A stretch of DNA of 64,000 nt from Camelus dromedarius (GCF_036321535.1 NC_087437.1:62250001-62314000), one strand, 5' to 3'. Shown: positions 50,354 to 63,345, numbered from the stretch's first letter. The notes: a model not told the origin generated them from the sequence alone. Program-made: numbers and translations.

Positions 50354-51824
50354 TATATAATTTAGTGGGGGGTTTTAGTATATTCATAAGGTTCACTACA
50401 ACTTTTAAATACATCCTTGGCTTGAGGTTTAGACCACACATGTGCTGTGAATTTGTGCTGCACACCCACACGAGGGCCAGCTTTATGGTTACAAATCCTT
50501 GAGGGGGAGTTATTTTTCTTTCACCTAAAACCATGGTTGAAGGGCCAGATTTCTTGCTGTCTTCTTCTGCAAGGCAGTTTTGTTTCTATTTGCCTTATAC
50601 CCAAGGTATAGCCCTAGTCCCAACTTCATACAAGAGTTTCCTCTCAGACTCCTTCCTTAAGAGTTTTGTCTCCTATCTCCTGCATCCCTGTGGTCATCAG
50701 AACAGAAGTTCAAGGTCACTGAGCAGGTGCCCCAGGGCAGCTGGCAGCTTTGGAGTTAGTTCATCTCTCTGAATTCCAGCTCCTGGTTCATTTTTGACCT
50801 CACAAGATTTGCTTGTCAACTTAGCAATGCATTTAAGAAATATTTTTTTAAAAAACATTTTATTCAGCATTTTTAGTTGTTGCTGGTGGCAGGGTTATTC
50901 AGTATACTGCAGGACTATTGTCTGCCTTTGAGTTTTGTTTATAGTATGCATTTTTTCTTTTTTCCATTTTTAGTCAACCCTCCAGGGAGAGAGCATGGTT
51001 CAGTGCTAGCCATGTCCTGTCTTCCTGTGGCCATTCTTTTCCTTTTCAAGACTGCAGTGGAATTCTTTGAGCTGACTGGGGTTTGGGACATCCACCCTTT
51101 GTTCCCTGAAGAAGGGGTCGTGGATGCCTCCAGAGGCCCAGCCATGCTCACCAACGGCCAAATCTCATACTCATCTTAAGGCTGTAACAGAGCTAAATTC
51201 ATTTCCTTCCCTTTGCTCATGGCTTACCAGCTTTGGAGCATGGGCTTTGAGTCCCTTCTGCCTCCCACAATCACTTTTATCTGGTTTCTTCTGAGAATAA
51301 CTTCTCTCATTGTGCCAAGTTGACTAAGAGGGTAGAGAGGGCATCCTCAAATCCGCCCCCCCCCCACTCCTCTTGGGAGGTGAACTTGCCTTTGTAGCTC
51401 AGATAGGAAGAACAAAGGGAACCTGACATGTGGGTCACTCACTGCTGTCCACCACCGCAGAGTCCCGGGTTGAGCTTGTGGACTTGGTGGCTGCCCCGGG
51501 AACACCCCTCCACATTCCCATTTCTAGCCAAGTGTGGGCCTTGCCTGTCTGGGGCTGGGCCCCAGAGGAGCCCGATGCCTGGGCCACTCCCTCCTCTTTT
51601 AGGAAGCTTCTGTTAATTATCACTTATAGGAAACAGAATAGGAAGCCTGAAAACAGTAGTTCTCAAGGGATTTGGGGGAGGAAGTGAGGCCCTTAGGAAA
51701 GTTTGTCAGAATCTCTTTACGGAAGAATTTGTAATCACCTCCCCTCTAACTCCAGTAAGTGAGCCACTGCTTCAGGTGGAAGTGGACCAGAGTGGGGACA
51801 GTGTTGAGAACCATTGCTCTAGAT

Positions 51825-52264
51825 CTGCACTGTCCAATGTGGCAGCCACTAGCCACATGTGGCTCTTGTGCTCTTGAAGTGTGGCCAGCAAAATACTCAC
51901 TGGATTTTTAAAGATTTAATACCAAAAAAAGAATGCCAAATATATGAATAATTTTTCTATCGATTATATATTGAAGTGTTACTATTTTGAATATATTGGG
52001 GTAAATAAAATATTTATTTAAATGTTTATTAAAATTAACTTTACCCGGTTTGGGGTTTTTTTGTTGTTGTTTTTTTAACTTTCTAAAATGTGGCTACTAC
52101 AAAATTTGAAGTTACAGAGGCTGAGGATATAGCTCAGTGGTAGAGCACGTGCTTAGCATGAATGAGGTCCTGGGTTTAGTCCCCAGTACCTCCATTAAAA
52201 AATTTGAAGTTACATATGTGGCTTGCATTTGTGGCTTACTTTATACATCTCTTGGATAGGGCTG
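51825..52264 (-). mobile_element. MER33-like hAT-Charlie element, interrupted by a SINE
   Basis: ctgcactgtccaat...gccactagccacatgtggct ... ttggatagggctg. 8-bp hAT-type flanks ctctagat / atctagaa. Confidence 0.85.
52117..52198 (+). mobile_element. Short tRNA-derived camelid SINE
   Basis: gaggatatagctcagtggtagagcacgtgcttagcatgaatgaggtcctgggtttagtccccagtacctcc with perfect 16-bp TSD aaaatttgaagttaca. Confidence 0.9.
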
Positions 52265-52961
52265 ATCTAGAAGATAACTTGTTCCTTTTGAGATTGTGCG
52301 TGTGTGTCTGTGTGTGTGCGTGATATTTTGGGTTGAACTGTAGGTTCTGCCTGCAGCCCCTACTGGTCCAATTGTTGGCCATTTTTGCCTGACTCACATA
52401 GGTAGGGGTGACTTCATTCATCCCCACAGCGCTTTCTCAATGCAGCCCCCAATCCTAAGCAGAAAGAAAAATATCATTCTCAAATGGGGAAAATGAATTG
52501 GGTTTTTCAAGGAGCCATGTAATCAGCAATAACTTCAAGTGGTTCTTGTCCTCATCATTGCTTTTTCTAGAAACTCATTAAACACAGTGCCCCACAATTA
52601 GTACATGTATGCCACATTCTCTCCCATATTAGTTTGGATATGCAGGGTAACAGCTCTGCAAATGCTGTTTTTTTTTGGCATTATCTTTCAGGGGCTGGCA
52701 CCCCCAGTGATGGCCTGGCTCTGGCTTCCAAGCTTTGGCCAGGCCATGTGCAGACTTCTCCAGAGTAACAGGGCAGCCTTCTCTGGTTGGCCCTGGGCGT
52801 CCCACCCACCTACCCTGCCTTGAGAGATGGCAATACCACAGACGGTTTCCTCGGTGCCCGCTTTCAGCCCCAGCTTTAACTTCATCCTCACCACATTTTT
52901 GCTAACGCCCTCTTTGTCACCATCTTGGGCGGAAGTAAATGATCACTTAAATAGATTTTCT

Positions 52962-53023
52962 TTTCTTTCTTTCTTTCTTTTTTTTTTTAGTTGAAGTATA
53001 GTCAGTTTACAATGTCATGCCAA
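52962..53023 (-). mobile_element. Ultra-short L1 3' end insertion (62 bp)
   Basis: Poly(T)/TTTC tail plus ttgaagtatagtcagtttacaatg, with perfect 15-bp TSD ttaaatagattttct. Confidence 0.85.
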
Positions 53024-53525
53024 TTAAATAGATTTTCTAACTAACAGAAATACCTTCCTAATTTATAAACTTCAAGTAACAGTCCATACTAATAGGCAAC
53101 ATTTCCTCCACACCCCTGGACTAGAAGTGAGGGAGAACAGGAGGATTTGCTCCAACACTCCTCTCTGGTACTTCATCCTCCAGGGGAGCAGAACTGAGAG
53201 CTGACGCTTGGGCAGGGAACAGGACCTCCCATGCAAAGCGGGACGAACAAGAGCACCTGCCTCTGAATCGTGCAAGGACAAAATGAATGCGTGCACGTCG
53301 AGCATTAGATCAGTGCTTGCACGCACACGTCTACGATTGCTATTATTATTTTAATAAAATGAGATCACGCTCTATATTCTATTTTGAAGCCTGTTGTTTT
53401 AACTCAATAATACCTGTAGAATATCTTTATTTTATTTTATAACATCCCTTTAATGACCTCAGAGAATCATTTCATATGGATATACTACAACTGGTTTAAT
53501 TGATCTCCTGCTATAGGATTTTTAA

Positions 53526-53647
53526 CTTCCTTTTCTCTTCTCTTCTCTTTTCTTTTCCTTTTCTTTTCCCTTTCCTTCCTTCCTTTCTTTCTCTTTCTTT
53601 TTTCCTCCCTTCCTTCCTTCCTTTTTCCCTTCCTTCCTTCCTTCTCT
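53526..53647. repeat. Pure pyrimidine (TTTC/TTCC)n tract of about 120 nt
   Basis: Directly visible. Confidence 0.92.
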
Positions 53648-54270
53648 ACTGTTGTAAACAATGGTGCAGTGACCATCTAGGCAGCGAAATCTTTGTTCCC
53701 ATTCTTATTTCCTTAGGATAAATTCAAAGAAAATGAAATTACTTCATCAAAACTATTTACATTACTAAGGTTTAGCAACACTGCGAAATCCTTCCCATGT
53801 TTTTGCAGAATTGTGCATGCCCCACCTCCTGCCTGCAAGAGTAGGTGTCAGGATTAAGAGCTGCCAGCTGTGTTCTCCTACCACCCAGAAAGCACAGTTC
53901 ACAACCCTGGTGCTTACGAAGTGGTTCCTTCCTTCTGCTCACACCTGGGCTCTGTCCCACACACCCTCTCTGAACCTGCCCACGTTCCTCTGTTCAAGTG
54001 ACCTTCCCTGAGCTCCACACTGATCTCTTTCTATCAATTTCATCACTTCTTCTACTTGTAGTAAAATTTAATTCTATATAATACTGGTGCTTCATAATTT
54101 CTTCCACTGGATTGCAAGATTAATTACTGCTGGAGAAAAAGAAAGGTGAAATTATTCTATTTGAATCCACTTCTCTACTGATAAATCTGCTCACGTACCT
54201 TCTCCTGAAGGTTTGCTTCTCTTTTCCAAAGCCAGCAAGGCCTCACTGATCCATTCTCCTACCATTTCAG

Positions 54271-54558
54271 CTGCTGCAGGGAACCACTGGCCAGAAGGCA
54301 ACACTGAACCCCACATAGAAAACATCACCTTTGATCAGAATCAAGTGGACTTTTCAACAGTGGTCTCCAAAGAGGGTGTGATGGTTCAGACCCCCAGAAA
54401 GAGGCACGCTTCTTCAGATGCTCCAGAAAACTTCACTCCACAAACTGAAACAGCAGCTGCTAGAGGAAGAAATGACTCTTCGAGGACAACAAATTTCACC
54501 ATTTCCCCTGTTGGGGCTGAGAGACCCACAGCTCTGACTTCCCAGAGCATCACCTTAG
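54271..54558 (+). CDS. HEG1: HEG1 exon 2 (288 nt, phase 1-1): AAAGNHWPEGNTEPHIENITFDQNQ...TALTSQSITL
   Basis: tttcag| acceptor and |gtgagt donor. Matches recalled human HWPESNTEAHVENITFYQNQEDFSTVSSKEGVMVQT. Confidence 0.95.
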
Positions 54559-55259
54559 GTGAGTGTGTGCTGATGGTGCTCATTTCACGCATGTATGTTC
54601 AGTCCCAGAGGACAAAACTTCGGCCAGTGTTTGCCTTCCCCCATCCCAAGTCACAGTGCCCAGCCAATCGTCTTGGGCTGGGGTGGACCAGACCTGTGCC
54701 TTGGGTTCCACCTGTGGCTCACTGTGGTTAATTGAGTTGTAACTATAGATGCACAGATGGGGGTGCAGATTTGCAGAGGGGCCTGACCAGTCTATGTTCC
54801 ATGGCCGGGGAATCTATGTTCCATGGCCGGGCTGAATCCGCACAGCTTCGGCAGTCCTGCCACGCGCTGCAGCCTCATAGGCACCGGGTTTGGCGGACTG
54901 CGTGGCTGTGTGGCTCAGATGGCTGTTCTTGCCCCAGTCTGCACAGCTCGGTGGTTTGCCATTTTTAGCAAAGGATTGCACAGTGGAGCTGGAGCTGGTT
55001 GAGCAAGATTTGATTGAGGAAGGGAAGACAAAGAAAGCCAGCACCAACTAGGTCTCCATACCAACATGTCTCATCTCTCAATTCTCACGGCAAGGCCATG
55101 AGTTAACATTACTCTTATTTTTGGAATTTGGAGACTGAAGCTAGAGAAATTAATCAATCCAACGTGTGCAGGGCAAACAGCTAACAGGTATCAGAGCTGG
55201 GATTTGAGCCTAAGTCTGTGTGTCTGATCGAGGTGGGAGGGGTGGCTGAGGAGTGGGAT

Positions 55260-55780
55260 GTCCAGACCATGTGAACAAAGATACAGAGGAAAGGAGAAAA
55301 GCGTGGCCTCTTTGTGGGGAAGATGTAAGTCACACACACAGGAGAGTAGCAGCCGGTGGAACAGTCATGGGGGTGGGCTTAGGCACAATAGTGGAGGACT
55401 TTGAAAACCAGGCAGTTTAGATTTGCTGTGGTGGGAAGAGTCCCTGAAGGTTTTTGAACAAGGCAGTGACTGCATTAAAGTGAATTTGGGGAGGGTTCAC
55501 CTGGCAGGTAGGTATAAGATGTCTGGGGTGGAGGGAACCTAGAGTCAGGGGGACCACCCAGGCAGACACAGAAATCCAGGTGCTAAAATACGGCCTAGTG
55601 GCCTCAGGGATGGAGAGGAAGGGGTTGGTAAAGACTCTTCACAAAGGATAATTGATACAACTTGGTAATGGCCTCAAAGTAGAGGATGAAGCCATCAAAG
55701 ATGTCCACATGGTTGCATGCCCTAGGGGCAGGAGGTCTGGTTGGGGGACTCAGTTCTGTAAAGAGTATTTTAAGTATGTT
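55260..55780 (-). mobile_element. Degenerate L2 fragment
   Basis: ccctgaaggtttttgaacaaggcagtgac...gaaatccaggtg...agtggcctca. Confidence 0.6.
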
Positions 55781-56216
55781 AAGTTCCATTCATGAATGAT
55801 GGATACAGAGCTTAGAAACTGCATATAGTGCTGCCTGGGTTTGTTGGTCATCCAGACATTGGAAACTTTGTGTTAAAATCAAGTGAATTCTGGGACCGCT
55901 TTGTGGACTATGACTGATGAGTCACGCCGGTCAGACGCTGACCTCCGATTCTATATCGGCTCATACTTAGCTTCATCGTGCCCCTTTCCTGATAATTTTA
56001 CCACAAAATGCAGAGTCTTTGTGAGATCTGAAAACAGTCCTTGTTTTGGCTTGTGGTCTCTCATTCAGGAGGCCATTTTTTATAGAATGAACAATTGCTT
56101 CCACTTTCTTCTCGTGTCTGTCTATCTTAGAGAGGTCAGAGGTGAGCTCGCTCCAAGATTATTCAGACATTGGGAAGTCTGCTGGTGGAATTTTAATTGT
56201 TGCTGTCTGCTTTCAG

Positions 56217-56516
56217 CCTTGGGAGGGCGTCCCCTGCCATCCAGCAGCGCAGGGTCAGAAGGCAGAACTGCCCCTTCTCACACGGAGAGCAGCACGTCCT
56301 GGGGCTCCCCGGTGAGGGGGCAGGGGCTCCCAGAAGCAATGACTCTGCACACCCAAGTGGTGGCCACTTCGGTTGTGAGCCAGTCCTCTCTTCCTGCTGT
56401 GGATGTGGGAGAAGAGACCACGCTTCCCAGGCAGAGAAATTCCTCAGGACCAGAGCAATCCTGGCTGCCTTTCTCCAGGACACCGGTTTACTCCCCTCCC
56501 TCCAGCAGTCCCACAC
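56217..56516 (+). CDS. HEG1: HEG1 exon 3 (300 nt, phase 1-1): ALGGRPLPSSS...RQRNSSGPEQSWLPFSRT...SSPT
   Basis: tttcag| acceptor and |gtaagt donor. Resembles recalled human RKRNSSGPDLSWLHFYRT. Confidence 0.92.
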
Positions 56517-59500
56517 GTAAGTGCTCCTGTCCCAGCTCAACACGCTGAAGTCACTCAGAATAGAAGTACATCGCCCTGGATAGCCAGCTAGTTATACACT
56601 TGTCACAGGGGCTAAGGGGAAAAGTCATTAAGCCCCAGTGCAAAATGTTGGAGGTAAAAATGCAACCCACACAACTGATCTCAGTGTTGAAGTTCATCTT
56701 TAAAGCATGCTTCCTTTAACTGTATAAGGAAGAAAGTGACAGTTGGTTTGGTGGCTGCTCTAGGCCTTTCTGTCCACCGAGCCCTGCTTCCCCCCTCGTC
56801 CCCCACCCTCCTACACACAAGTCTGAGTGTGGTAGGTGTGTGTTCTTGCACAAGAGGCCATGTTCTGGGGTGACTGAAATGATGATCATTGTGTCCTTTG
56901 ATGAGGAGTTATATTTATATTTCTTCGTTACTGCAAAAATGTTTCTTTCAATGGCAAAGATGACATAGATGTACATTTTTCTGGGCATCATTTCAAAAAA
57001 ACCATAGATGCAGGTATTTACAAGGTCACAGCAATGGAGCACATTCCAGCCCTTGCTCATCAGTCCAGTGTCCCTACAGATGTTCCATCTCCACCAAGCT
57101 TATTGTCAGCCTCTGATCCTCCGTACCATACACCCTGTCACACTACATTATCTAAGCTCCTACCCAGACAAACTGTCATCATCTTGAGGACGTGGGTTGT
57201 GTCTGCTACTCTCTCGTCCCACGACAAGGTGCAGTTGATGAGTAAGGGGATAAGCATGTGCCCACGCATCACAGGCTCTTCCAGCCACGGACCAGTCCTG
57301 GAAGCTCTGCCCACCCTGTCTCTTCTCCCAGCTTGTACTCCGCGTCTGTGCGCTGCCTGTGTTCTCACCCCCGTGCTGCGGGGAGCAGGACAGCGAGGGC
57401 TGGAAATATTCCAGGGAAACAGTGGTTAGGTGGCTTCAGAAACTGCCATTTCAAAATTTTCATAGATCAGAGGGTTTTAGAAGTACTTTGCAAGATTAGG
57501 GGTTCAGGTTTATGTCATCAAAGCAAAAACCGAACCCAGAGGTCCTTTCGGTAATGCCTGTTTAAAGCAGCCAGTTCCCCTTCCATATACTCTGTATATG
57601 GTTTCCTGCCAACACGGATGTATATAATTTATGATTCGTTTTTTTAGGAGATGGCTTTTTAAGATTATTCTTAAACATTGGTTAGATTGGGTCAGAGCTA
57701 CCATCCTTTCCAGCTTCAAAGTCTGTGGTTCAGTGGTTTACAACCAACTTTACTAAATGGTGGAAAGGAAGCATCTTCTAGGAAGCTACCCTTGATTCTG
57801 GTCGGGGTCATTTAATATTTACACTTTGAACCCGGCCCACTGCTGTGGTGTGTATACTGTGGTGCATCTGAGAATTGTTCTGTGTTTCCAGCTGGTGGCC
57901 CTGACTCTAGTCACTTATATTTTTTAACATTAAAAAAGTAATTGGCCCTCAAATTTTTGAGCCTTCATCCTTCTTGTACCTTTTACTTTTTGAAGAGTTC
58001 TCCCATATTATTCCTCTTCCTCGAGTCTTTCACTGAGCATTTCTCTCCCTTCTTAGTGAACTGGGTGTTCCGTGCTGGGTAGAGTCCCACCCTCCCTGTT
58101 AGATACTGGAGGGGGCTTTGGGTGCTGGTGAATGAGGGGATAGCCAGGCATCCAGGAACACCTGGATCTAGCCTGCCAGCCTCCCCTCTTCCCTGTGGGG
58201 TGGTAAAGGGGATGCGCACGAGGACCTGAAGCCACATGGGAAATGAAGCTTTGCTTTATTTGTAAGGCTGGGCTAGCCCCTGCTAACCTGCTGACCAGAG
58301 CTCTGGTGTGCCTCCTACTGCCCCTGAAATCTAAGTCTCAAGATCCACAGGATCCAGGAGCACTAGGCACGCAGGCTAAGAGCACTGGCAGGACTTGCCA
58401 GAGGCAGACCCAGAGGCACCCAGCCCAGCTGGATTCTCTGTAGAACCAAAGCCAGGAGGGAGTCTAGCAGGCCGTGTGGTGACACTTGGCCACTGCATCC
58501 ACTAGCAAATGTGGCCCAGTGGAAGTCCTGGCACTGAGACCAGTCAGATGAGTGATGGTCCTCACTGGGTGAGCACTAGGATGGTCAGCCAGGAGCCCTG
58601 CCTGGGGAGGAAGGGGGTCCTTATTTGAAACATGAAGGGATTAAACCAGCTGATCCTAAAGATCCTTTCTAGTTCTAGCATCTGCTGTTTGAACATGTCA
58701 GCCTGCGTATCCCGTGCCTCCATTCACTCTTCACTCTGATGCACAGAAACATACAAGCAGTGCAATGTCTTTTGAGGCTCAGGTAGTTAGGTGTCACCTG
58801 CTTCCACAAATAAATCACATGCCAATAAGTGTATGTGTTAAGGCAGGTACAGGCCCAGAGAGCTAAATCAGATTTTTAAAAAGAGGTCAGAAGCCACTGG
58901 GAACTGTTTGCTTGCTGTTTTACATCTTTGCTGCTCCACAGCCTTCTACTCTATTAATACTTTCTATAATGACCATATACTATTAGACCATTAAGGGGAA
59001 AGTAAGTAAAGCAGCTAACAGGGAAAAAAGCTCTCTTTTGAAGATGAAGAGAGATATGTGTACATTGAATTATGTGAGAGTGGCTACAATTGAGCACTAA
59101 ATTTAGTGCCGAGTTTCCTGGAAACCAGGGCACAAAGGGAAACCGGGTAGGGCATGATATTGTCAGATAAAGTGAGCGCACAGCTTCATCCATAGGCCTC
59201 AGTGTTTGGGGGGCAGTACTTCTAAGAGGAATACTCATGTAAGAAATGTTAATGATCATAACAGAAAATGCCTTCAGTTGCTGTTTTGTGGAAATTGTGC
59301 TAATGTTCTTTGAAAGGTGATATTTTATGTCGATTCTCAATAGGAGCTGGGGGTGTGATAATGGATCTCAACTCAGAAAATATTTCTGTGGGTAGCTAGC
59401 TAATGTGGTCCAGGTAAATTGCTTTATGGTGACTTCGCTTTGTAAAGGACATGAGTATAAATAACTCAGAAGACTGTAGATTTAGCATATCTTTCCCAAA

Positions 59501-61913
59501 TATCAGCTGCTTCAGCCAGATTTTTGGCAAGTTCTGGACAGCAGCCAAGCCAAGGCTGAGCAGTGTGATGCCTGCCTGAGGTTCCAGTATGTTGTGTTGT
59601 GATTGGAGCGTGACCCACATAATTTTACCAGAGGAACAGGCGTTCTTTTCACCTCCTATTATAAAGATTAGAGAAATTGGCTTGTTTCTGCTCACAAAAA
59701 GATGGTCTTCCCATTTTTGAATGGCTGCTTCAAGGGTAGAAATGAGCAAGGAAGGGCAATTATTAAATAATCAGTAGTGCCGATCTGCTGATTAGAAACA
59801 TGGTATATTTCCCCCCAGGTATATTTAGCAGGTGCTCATTTAGTAACATAAGTGGTGATTGTAGATTAGTTTGACCAAGCATTTTCTCCTTTTATTAAGG
59901 GGCACCAGTTCTACAGAAGTGTTCACACTGCTCTGTAGCTTTACTGTGAGGACTGAGTCAGATTAAGCATGTAAAGGACTTAGCACAATATATGGAGGTG
60001 TGTATAAAGTAGTGGCACATCGTAACTGGTCAGTAAATGGCAGCTTTTACTAATGATGATAATGAGATGGTGAAGCAGTGTTCCACGGAGTCCTCTCAGG
60101 TCAGGGAAAACCTGGCCATCTTCCTTTTGTGACCTTCAGCAATTGTGACTTTTCTGATTGTATTTCTGTGGCCATTGCTTTGCTCGACAGGCATTCAGGC
60201 TGAGTCCAATAGAGCCACCACTGTGCATTGAATCGATGAAATAATACAATTTGCTGGGAACAAGTGTTTTAAAAGAGTGCCCAGCAGTCAGCAGTGCCTA
60301 TATCCAGTGTTGGTGGATATAGATGATGACTCTAATGAATTTAGGCCTGATGCTAAGTGGCTGAGGGAGGGTTTGGGCATGTCTGTGTTATGCTTTCCTT
60401 TTTTTTAAGTCCTGAAGATTTTTTTGTTCTTGTGTTTAAGTAGAGGTGGGTTTAGGTAGGCTTAAACCATTTTTGTGTCCAGGTTTTTCTATTCCTTTAT
60501 TTTAATTACTAGCTCTATGGATTTCCTGTATCTTCCATGTCTCCAGGAAGGTCCAGTGACCAGAGCTGTGGGCTGTGTTCTAGGTACAGCTGGTTCTATG
60601 GTTTTGCACAAAAGTAAGAGGGACCTTTTTGTTTCCGGTACTTTCTCCCTCTATATATATATTTAATATTTATTTGTGCTTTTGGTTATGACTGCATATT
60701 GGACTGGTCTTCAAGAAACCATTTATAATGAGAACTTTTTTCTTCCCTTTTCTGGGTCATAATTAACAGTTTGAAGCCTTTCATTTTATAGGTATGGAAA
60801 GTACTTACTTTTTTTTGGCTTTGAAAAAGACAGCACTCTTTCTTCTTGCTTTTGGATCTTGCTCACTCACCAAGCTTTTGTGCAGTCTATTCCTGTTTGG
60901 AATGAGGATGTCAAGTGCCCTTCTGGAGGTCACTTCTCAGGGTGTCCTTTGGAAAGTTCTTTGTCGGGAAGACTTTGTGGGCAAGCCATTGTACTTCTGC
61001 AGAGCACACTGTGCGTTTTGACCAATGGTGTAGAATTCAGTTCCTGAGGTTCGCGACAGTTAACCCAGTGTCTGCCACGCATTTCATCAGAAAAACTGCT
61101 CCCAACCTGGAGTCCTTGACCTCCTAGGGGACCACTGTCATAGTATGTGGGCTCGGGGGCCAGTCTCCAAAGCCTAATGAGGTGACTGCAATAATGGAGC
61201 CTGTTGCTTTTGGGTGGAATGAAATCAAATCAGTGGAGTAATAATGAGTGTCTCCTGTTGATTAGAAGCTCTGTTCCACAATAAATGGAGCTCGGTAACA
61301 GTCTTTCAAAACATAAGGTTTATGATGGCCTTGCGCTGGGCAATAATAAAGAAGCCTTGATGGTGGCAGAGCTGGAATTACTGTTCTAGGCCAGCATTTT
61401 TCCGGCTGGGGTCTGAGAGCCATAGGCCTCCATGCTGGTGACCTGGGGACCAGGCACCCTACAATGGACCCACTTTTATTCAGTTTTATGTATAGGTTTT
61501 AATCTGTAACAGCATTTGAACAAAAGGGTTACCCTGCTAAAACAAAACAAAACAAAACAAAGCAAAAACCCGTACCGTATCACAATGATCTGTCCTATAT
61601 AAGCTGTAAGATGGAATTCAAAAGCAGAAGGTTTGTTTCTTCTGTAAAAATCAATGCAGATCATGTCTAGAGGCTTTCTCCTGTCTTCCTTCTAGCCTGA
61701 TCTGAAGCTTCTTGTACTCGATGAAGGACCTCAGGCTTCTCCACTTAGCTCTGTGAGGACTAGCGCTAGTGAGGAGAGGGCGAATGCACATATCACATGG
61801 GTTTCTCTAGTAGGTCCACGTTTATCTACATCCATCTTTCAAAATGTAATTAACATTATCTGTATCCAGATACACCCCTGACGAGTCTTGAAGCTTATTT
61901 TCTTCTGTTTCAG

Positions 61914-62267
61914 CTTCTGAAAGCACAGAGGATTTAAACAACTCCACTGCTCTCCCAAGCATCTCGGTCAGTGGGACAGGGAGTGTGCAAGTTGCCACCA
62001 TGTTCCCCAGTGGTGCCCCAAGGATGCTCCAGTCTTTAAGCGTCAGTCTGGGACCTCTACCCGAGACAGAGCATTTCTCTGAGGACTCTGAAACTGCTGC
62101 AACTTCAGCATCAGTTCATTCTTCACCCTCTGGGGCAGACTTAAGAAGAAACGGTGGAGTAATCGGGAGCCTGGGGGAGAAGAAACTCATTGAGCCATCC
62201 ACAGAAAATGGATTTGGCCTCACATCTTCTGAGGTCTCAGTGGTGCTTTTGCAAAATGATTCCCTAA
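61914..62267 (+). CDS. HEG1: HEG1 exon 4 (354 nt, phase 1-1): PSESTEDLNNST...IEPSTENGFGLTS...QNDSL
   Basis: tttcag| acceptor and |gtaagt donor. Resembles recalled human SESTEKLNNST...IEPSTENEFGLTS...QNDSP. Confidence 0.93.
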
Positions 62268-62964
62268 GTAAGTCTTCGATCTTTTTTTGATTTATTATGA
62301 ACATTTTTAAATTGTTGAATTTTCTCAAGTAATCACTTCAAGACCATTTGCAGTCTCTAGGAAAAAAAAAAGCCTGTGTTCTTGGGTAACACCGTCTCCT
62401 TTATCTGGTATACCCCATTATCTCACTTGATTTTCCTTATGACAACACTGTGAAATTAGTCAAGCAGACATCATTCCTCCTGCTTTCTTGTAGAGAGGAA
62501 ACAGGCTCAGCGAGTTTGAGCAGTGGGTGCGCGCTCACCAGCTCCTTCACGCAGCACTGAGACCCAGGCTCGGAGCTTCCGCTGCTGATGGATCTCGTCA
62601 CCTGCAGTGTCACCTTCACACTGAGAGCTGGCCCGCTCTTTAACGCTAGCTTCAGCTATCTCATGTGCAGATCACCATACATAAACTATAAATATATTTA
62701 CAAATATATAAAACATATACATCTATTCCCCAAATTGAGGGTTTTAGTGTACCCTTACAGTTTTTTGTTTGCTCTACTTGAAAATTTGAATAATCTTTAT
62801 TAATAGTACAACCATCCTAGAAAAATGCTAGAAGGACTCTATTTGGGCACGTCGTGTTTGACGGACATAGCAACATACTCATTCCCACATACTCACCCAT
62901 GTTTTGGGGGAAAGAGAATAAACCCCTCAAGCCTATAAGTTGCTCTGCTACTTTGCTCATGCAG

Positions 62965-63100
62965 TTTATTTTATTTTGAGAGGGAGGAGGTAATTAGGTT
63001 TATTTATTTACTTATCTACTTTAATGGAGGTGCTGGGGGTTGAACCCAGGACCTAGTGCATGCTAGGCATGCACTCTTCTACAGAGCTATTCCTTCCCCC
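62965..63100 (-). mobile_element. tRNA-derived camelid SINE (Vic-1-like), antisense
   Basis: ggtaattaggtttatttattt...atggaggtgctgggggttgaacccaggacc...catgctaggcatgcactct...gagctat is the reverse complement of the element at 34266. Confidence 0.88.
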
Positions 63101-63345
63101 TGCACATGGTGTTTAAAAGCTTCCGTATTCACCATCTTTTATTTTTGGCATTGTTCTCTTCCTGACACTGAAGAGTTTTGAAATAATAACTTAGAACATG
63201 AAAGTGCATGTCAGGTTACACATTTAGGAAATACTACATAAGGTCCTTGCAAAGGGAACCTTCTCTTAGGGAAGACTCGCGCCTCGGTTGTGGAGGGATC
63301 TCCCTGATGTCCACATCATGGCCTTTTCTCTCTGACACTTTTCAG

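Larger units (their letters stand above)
47700..50930 (-). mobile_element. Cluster of old L1M/L1ME fragments with nested insertions
   Basis: T-rich antisense L1 motifs: ttaggttgtttccaattttcattattataaa, ggcttccattgttgctattgagaagtca, aaaattcttagccattatcttt. Confidence 0.7.

Noticed and set aside
55883..56548. 221-aa single ORF (likewise 54213-54731 and 6095-6394)
   Set aside because: Only the splice-bounded parts match known proteins; the rest is intronic read-through.
4254..59960. Scattered AP-1 sites (TGA[C/G]TCA)
   Set aside because: The number noticed is close to chance expectation for 64 kb, and they are not clustered.
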